From the NCBI GenBank assembly GCA_024704765.1, contig JAKMXF010000051.1, forward strand, positions 1-47,225: 47,225 bases of DNA, in the 5' to 3' direction. Source of the stretch: Oopsacas minuta (Eukaryota; Animalia; Porifera). The notes beneath the pieces were generated by a model. The model was not told the origin of the DNA. It saw nothing but the letters and a program-made list of their open reading frames with translations, and did not search any database. The translations under genes and the position numbers were made by a program. Below are positions 33,851-43,393 of this stretch, in pieces (the stretch's first letter is position 1; each line of letters starts with the position of its first letter).

Positions 33851-34930
33851 ATGGAAAATTCGAACAATTTTATTATAGCAGGAAACCAGGTAAAGTTTGT
33901 TTGTTTGTTTGTTTATTTGTTTGTTTATTTATTTGTTTACAGCTGATCTGTGCGGGGATGGACCACCAGTGTGTGCCACCGGATCTAGGTGGCAGATTTG
34001 GTGGCACAATTAATCGTCTGGATTTCAGTTACAACCAATTAAGGTATGTGTTTTTCTAAAAATAGAATAAATATTATTATTAATAATAATTTAGAGAGAT
34101 TTCCAATTTGGAAGCATTTTCACACCTCAAAGAGCTCGTACTGGACAATAATGTTATTACAGATGGCGGGTTTGATCTGCCACAAATGCCACAATTAGAG
34201 CTGCTATCTCTAAACAAAAATAAGGTAAGATGACACATTCTAACAGATCATGACATGTTTTAAATAATATTATAAAACAGCTGGAAGATCTGGATGTAGT
34301 CCTCTCTAAAATTCGTAAGAACTGTCCAGACCTGAGTTACCTAAGTCTCCTTGGGAACATAGCTTGTCCCTCAGAGCTCCTCGGGGGAGAAGAGGACGAG
34401 AACGATTACCAAAGATACAGGTGACGAAATTGTGGCACTCATAAATCAGGTGTTATAATTGTGTCGCTGTAGATACTTCGTGTTGTACCAGATGCCACAT
34501 TTGAGATTCTTGGACTCAAGAGCAGTAACGTCATCTGAACTTAAGGAGGCTAAGAGGGTTGGCGCATACACCAAAATAGTTAAACCATCTGTCCACATGG
34601 TGAGTGTGCCACTCTGCCACTTAACACCTTTTGGATATTTATTCTATTTGTAGTACGCTAAGACTCAAGCAGTAGGGACACCAGTAAAGGAGGCATTCTC
34701 ACCTCTGCCACCTAGTGGAGAGCAGACACCAAGCGCCAAAGGTATGAAATGTATTAATATTATAAAATAAGTGGTTTGAGACACTTTGTTCTTGACAAAA
34801 GTGGCTCAAATTGCTCTATAAATATCTCATAACCTCTCTTATTTCCATAGCAACGTTTGGGAAGTGCAAATATGTGTATTATGGGAAGCACTCGGAAGGT
34901 AACAGATTTATAAGAGACAGACATCTGTGA
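33851..34930 (+). CDS. LRMDA: Leucine-rich melanocyte differentiation-associated protein (C10orf11), 7 exons, 234 aa
   Basis: join(33851..33889,33943..34043,34095..34224,34281..34420,34473..34599,34654..34741,34851..34930) = 705 nt in frame. [43 protein letters not shown], and C-terminal [20 protein letters not shown]. Confidence 0.9.
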
Positions 34931-35164
34931 ATATTCTAATCTGATTGGTCAATAATTGTATACTATTTTTATCGCGAATGTTTATACTTAGTTACAAACA
35001 CTGATTGTTGATTGGTCAGTTTATTCTATAAATAGTCAAAAATATATTTTAATGATTATCTTAAATTATCAGTAAGAAATAGACAACCAATAGAATTGCA
35101 GTGTTGCATGAGAATTATAAAACAGTGTTTTGGTTATATAGCAGTCTAAAAATAGAACTGGCGC

Positions 35165-37526
35165 CTAATCGTAGGCTAGTTCCGGATACATCTGCACCCT
35201 GTAGTGGTACAGGATCTCATAACGGACCCACTTCTCCGCCTTGCGGTCTATTTTTAGAGCTCTGATAGATAGACCAGATGAGGAACCAGGGACAGTATAA
35301 TCCACCTCAGCACATAACTCCATCCCGCTAGGATTCTGCATGCCAGCTCTGAAATCAACTTCACACATAAAGTTGTACTGAAAGGTTGAGTGTTGATATG
35401 TTCCTATCTCCCAGACAACGGCACCTAGCTCAGGAATGTATTTAGCTTGTCCAGCTGATGTAGTGACACGACAGGAATTTGACTTGACATTCCTCCGTAA
35501 GGACCCCCGGGCGCTGGAGCGGACACTTTTCTTCCCAAATTTAGTTTCAGCGCTAAATGCGTTCCTCCAAGAGGGAGGGATGGGGAACTTCAAAATTAAG
35601 TTTTTGATTGGCTTAGCTCTGAGATTCATTCTTCTACGCACGTAAATGGCGCTTGAAATATATATCGTGTTATCTCTGAATTCTAGGAGAGCGGACACAT
35701 GTACAGGTGGCAGCAAATGTGGCTCTACTGTACACCTATAGATAATATAGCATTATTAAACCACTAGCAATGTGTTAAGTGGTGCAAACCTTAGGAGTTC
35801 GAATCTAGCTCCATCTACAGGAAAGAACACAATATCTCTGCTGTCTCTAAACTGTTGTGTATCTACACATGGATGTATCTCTGGTCTCTCCATGTGTACA
35901 GGTTTAGATATACCAGTTGTTAGCAGAGAGCTGTTACCTAGAGTATTCATATGATTAGTCATATATCCACACCTATATACGACAATATGAACTGTGAATT
36001 TGTTGTACTTATCACATATTTAACACCATGGATGACAGTTCTATAAAGACCATTTGTGTACCTGTCTGCTTGAGTATAGATTCGACATCATTGAGTAGGA
36101 GGCGACACTCCGGTGCTCCTGTCAGGTAGGCCTGTACCATAATTCTATTCTGTGATTGTCTCTCCAGAACAGCCCCGTCACTACTCATAATTATATTAGC
36201 ATGATCCTTAACGTCAACAAACACCTAACAAATAAACAGTAATAATATGTTTAAGGTGTTAAAATGTGAATATACCCTCCTACCTCGTTAGCATGATAAG
36301 CTACTCCCTGTTGTCTAGATACTGGTAGCTTCCTTATGGCGTTATGGAATGCTTCTTGGAATTCTTTCAGCTGATTGAGATCTCTAAATCCAAACTTGCA
36401 TACCGTTAGTCTCCTAGTTACGTGTTCGTACATAAAGAATCTGCGGAATGTTCTTTTCTCCAAATAAGACGTCTATATTAATAGGATAATATTATTCTCT
36501 GTTAACCAATCAAATTCTAGAGTTTACCTGTTGTAACTTAATTTGTGTAATTTTGGCGCCAATTTCAAATCGTTTATTGATTGGTTCAGACAGTGAGTGG
36601 AGGTGTTGGAGAATTATGTCCTTAAACACGTCAGGATCATCCAATCGTCCTGACACAGGGAGAGCGTGTATGGACTCACGAATAGAAATGATCCCATCCT
36701 CCACGGAGAGGAACACAGGGAACCAATTAGTCAGAGCTCTAGTGGGTCTGTTACGTAACTTAACATGTACATTCCATTGTGTCGGTGCTGTATGTGTATC
36801 GGTTGCTATGGTAGCATTGTGTCCTCTCTTGAGGAGTTCTGTGTCGTCATAGGAACTTGGAGGTTGTGTCTGCATGTGTCGCTGTCTTATACGGACACTT
36901 TGTGACCTACGGAAGGGTAACTCTCCCGTGTGTGTGTGCTCAACAGAGGCGTGAAGTGATTTATAGTCAGGGAGACTGGAACTATCCGAGGGGGACATCT
37001 GTTGTGACGATATAGCCAACCAATTGCTACCCCTGTATAACAGCTGTAATATATTTGTTGCTATTAATAGTAACAATAACTTACGTAGAATTTGGTGTCT
37101 GTGCCACTTCAATCTCAGAGAGGTGTTTGTGAGGAGGAGGGGGTGCTTGTCTAACAGGAGGTTTGTTGGAGTGAGGAGATTTAGGAAAGGGGAGATCTTC
37201 AAATCCTTCCCAAGAGCGTCTCATGCTAGGTGTCGTAGAAGTTGATAAATTGTCCTCTTCCAGCAGATTGCCTACATTTATACATATATTATACAGCTAA
37301 TTCATTGGTTAATATATCAACCCACTGATTTGATAATTAATCAAAAGATTACTATACATTCCTGAAGAGATATCCCTAGCAACTAACCTGGAATTCCTTT
37401 AGGCTTAACAGTAGTGTCAATACCGTCAACAGCTGGTTGAAAGGGTAGTTCTGGTTCTGATTTGTTTCCTTGTGAGAAAGGCAGTATTTGTCTGGACACA
37501 TAAGAATATGGCATTTTCCCATCCAT
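35165..37526 (-). CDS. Stonin-family endocytic adaptor with mu-homology domain, 7 exons, about 651 aa
   Basis: Exons 37526-37388, 37271-37085, 37032-36528, 36472-36284, 36224-36062, 35991-35790, 35735-35165 = 1956 nt in frame. SWEGFEDL (WxxF), EKRTFRRFFMYEH, KFPIPPSWRNAF, AKYIPELGAVVW, EKWVRYEILYHYRV. The exon 6 acceptor is the least certain boundary. Confidence 0.8.
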
Positions 37527-37647
37527 TCTATTATATATCAAAAATAGTATAGGAAAACCTATAAATTCCTTGTTATATAGTAACTAGTGATCTTATTGCT
37601 CACTACACTAGTCATGAGCTATACACATGGCTCAGTGAATATTTGTG

Positions 37648-37660
37648 GTTGCTTGGCAAC
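37648..37660. promoter_or_regulatory. RFX X-box-like palindrome GTTGCTTGGCAAC
   Basis: Matches the RFX consensus GTNRC-N-RGYAAC; about 120 nt upstream of the stonin ATG. Confidence 0.45.
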
Positions 37661-38371
37661 CGAAATCTAGGCAAGAATGTTAATAATTGTTAGTGTCATA
37701 TTATATATGAATTTAAATGCAGAGTTCTTATGAAACGTGTATACATATTAACCAATCAAATGATTGGTTTCTTCTAAATATAGTCTTCTTAAAATCATAT
37801 TATTAAACACATTCCTGTCTATGATTCCGTAACTAGGATTATGACTACGTGTAGAATTGTGTATTATAGTGGCAGGGTGGTATATATATTGTGTCGAGGG
37901 ACACTTTGTGGATAAAAGGAACATACATTAAGATCCGTATACACAATTATAGCACAAATGTGTCGAATAATTAATCTAATTAGTGATTTATTAACCAATA
38001 AGATTAAAGCATAATTCTTATCTAACGATTCATTGGTTAATATATTTTAGCTTAAAACAGACACAAAATGGGCCATGTGGTACATGGCGACACAATCCAC
38101 TTAGCCAGGTGGCAGGTTATTAATTTGTCCACTTTTAAGTTGTATGATTCGATAATTTAATTATGACGTCATAACATTATTTCCTTATAGCTTCGATCTT
38201 GTGACACAATTGTGCCACTTGTATAATTTCCTATTGTGTCGCTTTTAGAAGATAACTTATAATTTGTGTTCTGAAGCCTTGGAGATTATTGGTCAAATGA
38301 TTTGTAATGATTAGTATATGAACTCTACAAATTGTGTCGAAAAGAGGACACAATTGAGAAGTGGCAGAGTG

Positions 38372-38372
<1 letters not shown>

Positions 38373-38407
<35 letters not shown>
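38373..38407. repeat. (CA)17 microsatellite
   Basis: Read directly; lies about 80 nt downstream of the ELOVL6 stop codon. Confidence 0.97.
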
Positions 38408-38409
<2 letters not shown>

Positions 38410-38489
38410 TATAAATCAATAAATAATAATCCATCTAATAGTTCGAAATAGAAAAGTACAAAATCGCTAGTTCTAAAAATAGAATAATT

Positions 38490-39434
38490 CTACTTTGAAT
38501 TGGAACCATTCTTTAGTTCCAGTTTCGGTTTCGGTTTCAGATAAGTTTGATAGAAGAAATTGGCGAATAAAGCGCCATACGACACATAAATCAGGATTGA
38601 GATTTGTATCTTGAAGGAATCCGTGCCACATGTAACACCTTTGAGGAATGCTCGTATTGTGATTGTGTTAAATATGACACCTAAAACCATTTGGAAGAGC
38701 TGGAGGATTGTGACACATTTGTTCACAATTTTGGGAATTGGAATGTGTCCGTTAGCCCGCACAGCGTAGTAGGAGTACATAACAAAATGGACTATGTAAT
38801 TCATGAACCCAAACCAGAGACCTAAGAGGAGGTGTTAGATATATACATAAGGTGTTAGATATATACATATGATAAACTCACCACTAGAAGTAGGGTGTGC
38901 ATATGAGTACCAGCAGTACACAAACACAGTAATGTGATGGTACCAGTGTAGGAAGGAGAGCGGGGTCTTCCTGAGGACAATAAACGAGGTGTCAATTAAT
39001 TCCGGTAGCTTGGACAGGGGGAACAGGAACGCATACAATTTCTTACCCCTGACTCCCTTGTAGTAGGTAACGTCACAGAGGGCAGCTGTCCACCCGACCT
39101 TAAGGGGCTGCTCAAATATGTAGTCACTAATCCTCAAGAATGCTATGAGGGAGAAGAGGGAGAGGGAGAGAGACCAGAGGAACAGCGGTTTCCTGAGATC
39201 AAAGGGTCGTTTGTCTGTCATATATTTTCCTATCAGGAATATACACACGACGTAGATGAGTGACACATATATTGATACATGCCAATTCTGTCGCATCCAC
39301 TGGTTTACTTTTACGTCATCAAATGCCAACTCAATTGTGTCCAGACTTGTCAATAATGGCAGTTTATCCTGCCACTTGGGTAAATTCACATATGACAATA
39401 AATTCATGAATTTGAATCCAATTGAGTCTCCCAT
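38490..39434 (-). CDS. ELOVL6: Fatty acid elongase ELOVL6/ELOVL3 type, 294 aa
   Basis: Exons 39434-38882 and 38821-38490 = 885 nt, intron 60 nt. FDLRKPLFLWSLSL, SKLPELIDTSFIVLRK, FLHWYHH, MNYIVHFVMYSYYAVRA. Confidence 0.88.
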
Positions 39435-39443
39435 TTTTCTATC

Positions 39444-39576
39444 GTTTAACCGTTTAGATAGATAGATAGATGTTTAACCGTTTAGATAGCTAGATAGATG
39501 TTTAACCGTTTAGATAGCTAGATAGATGTTTAACCGTTTAGATAGCTAGATAGATGTTTAAACGTTTAGCTAGATA
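39444..39576. repeat. 28-bp minisatellite, 4 full copies plus a degenerate partial
   Basis: gtttaaccgtttagatag(a/c)tagatagat at 39444, 39472, 39500 and 39528; begins 10 nt upstream of the ELOVL6 ATG. Confidence 0.95.
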
Positions 39577-39611
39577 TAATTTAGATAATTGAATTGACTA
39601 ATAATACTATT

Positions 39612-40252
39612 TTACGACTGAATATGTGGCAGTACCAGTGCCACTAACTCCTTATAACCTGACACCTCGGGAAGTGGCACAGTGCCATCATTCTGTATAG
39701 TTATGTCACATTCCAGATTATCTAAGCCACATTCTGATTGGGCATTATCGACTCCGTCCACAAATTTGAATCCTCTTTCCTCCCTGACAGATTGTGTCGC
39801 TGCCACTTTTACAGTGACACAATTATACTTTTGTCGGAAGTATGACACATCTGAGTGGCGCCTGACATCAGAAATTATCCAGATAGTATACAAGTGTCCC
39901 TCCTCTGTAGCCAGTCTAATTAGGTGTTAAAAAAGTGTCACAATTCTACATAAAATGGCACAAACCTGCAGAAATATCCAGGATCTTTGTTCCTAACCTC
40001 CTCCCCCCATTCTATCATATTCTTACGATGTATCTCTTTGTACTCAGTAGCACTCATCAGCTGATCAAGATCCAAGGTGTGAATTGTGGCATAACTCTTT
40101 TTCAGAGGGGCGGATAATCGAAAAATGGCACAGGTCTTCCCTAAATTGGCACACAGTGTCTCCGACACAAAATCTTTGCCACATTTTCTCTTTCCGCTTA
40201 CAAGAATAACAACAAGTGGCAGATATGTCGCTGTGCCACTTAACTGTGCCAT
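39612..40252 (-). CDS. PMVK: Phosphomevalonate kinase (animal type), 196 aa
   Basis: Exons 40252-39966 and 39915-39612 = 591 nt, intron 50 nt. SGKRKCGKDF P-loop, RLSAPLK, YKEIHRKNMIEWGEEVRNKDPGYFCR, ISDVRR, GVDNAQSECGLD. Confidence 0.93.
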
Positions 40253-40315
40253 TTATCAGCTAATAAACACAAACAATAACAAATATATTATAGTTCCATA
40301 TACGAATAAATATCT

Positions 40316-43276
40316 TTAATTATTTGATTTATCTCTCTGCCACTTTTCTATCCTTTCCTTTAGTTCAGGTATTGGTTCCAGTTCTTCTATGCTTAATGGC
40401 TGTCTGGAAAAAGGATCGTTCTTTTGGTTCAATATGTGTCGCTCTATGGTGGCACGATCCACCACATTGCCAGATGGCAGGAGGATCGGATCAGACATTA
40501 AAGTGTTCATTAAAGCATCCAAGAATTCCTCAGGAATATTTTCTATTGAAATATTGTTGCATTCCAAAGTACGTTTTGTGTTGCTAAACTTACCACATAT
40601 CTCCTGCCACTTCTCCATCTTGTCAAAAGGTGCTTTAGCGACACCTAACACCTTCTGGGTGTTAATGAGAAGAGATTCCGAGTAACTCCGTCCGTCGCTA
40701 ACGACAGCAATCAGGAATGTGTCAAATTGAGCCATATTAAAATACACCTCTAGAATGTGGCACAGAAGGTCAAGTGGCTTAAAACTCAGCTGTTCCCGAT
40801 CTAACACATTTAGAGTTCTATTTTTAGGTCCAGTCAGCTGATTTAGGAAATAGTTCAACATCGTTGCTAAGGAATCTATCTGTACAGGAATTGTAAGTAT
40901 CTGAGGTGTCTCATGACTGATCCTCACTAAGGTGTGAATTGTCCTCTCTGCTAAGCGATTCATGGTACGAGCTAATCGGGTCTCTTGTCCCAATTCTGTA
41001 ATTTTAGAATTCTTTTCCTCTTCCGACAACTCATGCCACTTTGTCCCACTTTTAAGTTTCTCGATGACTGCCACATTTTGAACATGTGACAACCCTTCAT
41101 CCAATAGGAATGTGGCATCGTTAATTAGCGCGTTTAGGAATTTGAGGAGTACAGGTGGCGTAGAATATGTCCTATCTAACACCTCGCGACACAATGTGTC
41201 CAAACATGGCTTAAATGGCGCACTAGACCACAATAACTCAATCAAGTCATACATGGAGTGTCGATATGTGAATTTTTGTTCAAATTCTAAATCGTCACCT
41301 GTCACTTCTATCTCTGCAAACACCTTCAAAAGACCGGGCAAAAAGTGTCGCAGTGCCATGCGATCAGATTGGAGGGTTTCACGTATCCTGTCTGTATGTG
41401 ACACCAAAAAGTGTCGTGTGTCATTGTCAGAATGTGTCAGAGTACCTAACACCTCTGCTATCTTCCCTCTCTTATGAGGATTCAGTATTAAATCTGAGTT
41501 ATTAAGGAATACTGTAGAAAATTGGATAAACTTTGAATAATCTGGCTGAAGTGTCACTAATGTGTCCTTGCAGGTGGCAGAGAGGAACTGGAGAATCTCC
41601 AACACGTTGCTAAGGTAGAACTCAGGAATGCAGGCTATCTGAGGCGTCACTTTATGTTTAGTTCCGGTTAGAAACAAGAACCAATCGCATGAAAATAAAC
41701 AGAATTGTGTCAACATTTGGACAAGATTTTCACTCAAAAGGTGTGATTTTAGTGACAAATATGAGCCAATCAAATCCTCGTATGTGGCCTTCAAAAGTGG
41801 CTGATTTTCCAGAGTTGGCAGGATGTCTTTGATCTCTGCCAGTTGTCGCGATTTGTTAATAAAGGTGTCAATGACTGGCACATAATAAACACTCAAAGCA
41901 AAATGTGTCACATGAAATAATTGTGTCGGAAATGAGAAATCAGGAGACAAGTCTAAAATTAGATCTTCTGTGTCCTCGCAGTGACACAATTTGGATTCCT
42001 TACACAACTCAAGAATGTGAGGAACAGGAACTGAACTAGGATTAGTTCCAATTCTAGAAACAGCTGACTCAAAACTGGAATTATTCTCAATCAAACAATA
42101 AAATGAATTAATTTTACTCACAAGTTTTCCCTCACAAAGTTTTTGACAAAATTTTAATAACAAAGTTGTTACGTTTAAGCCCATTCCGTCAGTGGCATAA
42201 AGTGTTTGCTGAAAGGTGTTAGTTCTTAATTGTAGGCCCAGTGAGCCACGTGGGTGGTTCCGTTTTAAAAAGAGAGACAACCATAGGAATATGGAATGGG
42301 AATTATGTTTGAAAAGTGGTTTAAATGTTTGGTGTGCCACTTCACATAAAGTTGTTAATCTCTGGTTAAGCATGCCACACATTCCTTCAATAGAACTGGT
42401 TGTCAAGGTACTGGCATCCTTGAAATGGGAGGGATAGGTGTTGATAGGTGACACTCTGAAAAGTGGCCCTAAAATGGTTTTAAACTCAAAGTCAAGTGGC
42501 GTAGTTAAGCCTCTAAAATCAAGTAACATAGATGTGAACAGCTGAGCTATCCTAGCCACTGAAAAGAGGACAGAATATGGCACAAAGTGGCACGTGGGTA
42601 TCACATCCGGCGAGGTGTTAGAAATGAATGGCTCAGAAAACTTGAGAAGAATAGGTGTGAAAATTCGACACATTTCTTCATGAGATAATTGGCCAATAAG
42701 ATTAGTTAGAAATTCTAACGTCTGGGGAAGTGTGGCTCGCTCAGACACAAAATTCATGCGACACATTTTCATCACCTCTTCCCCTAGATCACTATTGGAA
42801 CCAGAAGTAACTGACCTAGCAACCGCAGAATGTACCAAAGGAATGCAATGGGTTCTAACGTCATAACTTTCAAGATAGGATAATCTCACAAAACAGCTGA
42901 AAAGATAATTAAGTGATGTCTGCTTTGTGCCACTTGACGCCTGTAAATACTCATTCAGTGCCACTTCTATATTAAACAACGAGAGCAGCGGGTGCCACAC
43001 GTAGACACCTTGATCCGATTGTGTCGCGGTATATGGCAGATATGTCACTTCCTTAGCAACCGTTTTGGGAGACAAATATTTGATATTTTTAAGGAATTTT
43101 CTGATATCTGGATGACACAAAGTGAAACCAAATGTGTCTTCAAGTGTCGCATTTAAACGAAGTGGCACGGTTGGAAAGTGAGTAGTTAACACCTTGAAAT
43201 TAGGCGGGTAATGTCTCTGAATCTCTAATTGTACTTTCGGGCAAAATCTCTTGAACGGATTCTCATCAGTTGCCAT
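40316..43276 (-). CDS. UBE4A: Ubiquitin conjugation factor E4 A (Ufd2 core plus U-box), intronless, 986 aa
   Basis: NPHKRGKIAEVL, KVFAEIEVTGD..FEQKFTYR, LINDATFLLDEGL, U-box PEEFLDALMNTLMSDPILLPSG...DPFSRQPL. Confidence 0.9.
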   Translation of the reverse strand: MATDENPFKRFCPKVQLEIQRHYPPNFKVLTTHFPTVPLRLNATLEDTFGFTLCHPDIRKFLKNIKYLSPKTVAKEVTYLPYTATQSDQGVYVWHPLLSLFNIEVALNEYLQASSGTKQTSLNYLFSCFVRLSYLESYDVRTHCIPLVHSAVARSVTSGSNSDLGEEVMKMCRMNFVSERATLPQTLEFLTNLIGQLSHEEMCRIFTPILLKFSEPFISNTSPDVIPTCHFVPYSVLFSVARIAQLFTSMLLDFRGLTTPLDFEFKTILGPLFRVSPINTYPSHFKDASTLTTSSIEGMCGMLNQRLTTLCEVAHQTFKPLFKHNSHSIFLWLSLFLKRNHPRGSLGLQLRTNTFQQTLYATDGMGLNVTTLLLKFCQKLCEGKLVSKINSFYCLIENNSSFESAVSRIGTNPSSVPVPHILELCKESKLCHCEDTEDLILDLSPDFSFPTQLFHVTHFALSVYYVPVIDTFINKSRQLAEIKDILPTLENQPLLKATYEDLIGSYLSLKSHLLSENLVQMLTQFCLFSCDWFLFLTGTKHKVTPQIACIPEFYLSNVLEILQFLSATCKDTLVTLQPDYSKFIQFSTVFLNNSDLILNPHKRGKIAEVLGTLTHSDNDTRHFLVSHTDRIRETLQSDRMALRHFLPGLLKVFAEIEVTGDDLEFEQKFTYRHSMYDLIELLWSSAPFKPCLDTLCREVLDRTYSTPPVLLKFLNALINDATFLLDEGLSHVQNVAVIEKLKSGTKWHELSEEEKNSKITELGQETRLARTMNRLAERTIHTLVRISHETPQILTIPVQIDSLATMLNYFLNQLTGPKNRTLNVLDREQLSFKPLDLLCHILEVYFNMAQFDTFLIAVVSDGRSYSESLLINTQKVLGVAKAPFDKMEKWQEICGKFSNTKRTLECNNISIENIPEEFLDALMNTLMSDPILLPSGNVVDRATIERHILNQKNDPFSRQPLSIEELEPIPELKERIEKWQRDKSNN

Positions 43277-43393
43277 GGTTACAGCTAAGTTATGCAGGAT
43301 TATAAGTTAAAAATTAAAATAAAACACGAAAAGAATTGCAGCTAAAAATCAACAAATAAAAACTACAAATATTAGTATAAAAATAGAAATTAT

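Noticed and set aside
37840-38340. Possible hidden multi-exon small gene in the stonin-ELOVL6 spacer (ATG near 38068, splice-like signals)
   Set aside because: Every exon combination I tried gives fewer than 30 codons or an early stop; no recognisable product.
38231-38434. 67-aa minus-strand ORF with VCVCVC run
   Set aside because: Translation of the (CA)17 microsatellite.
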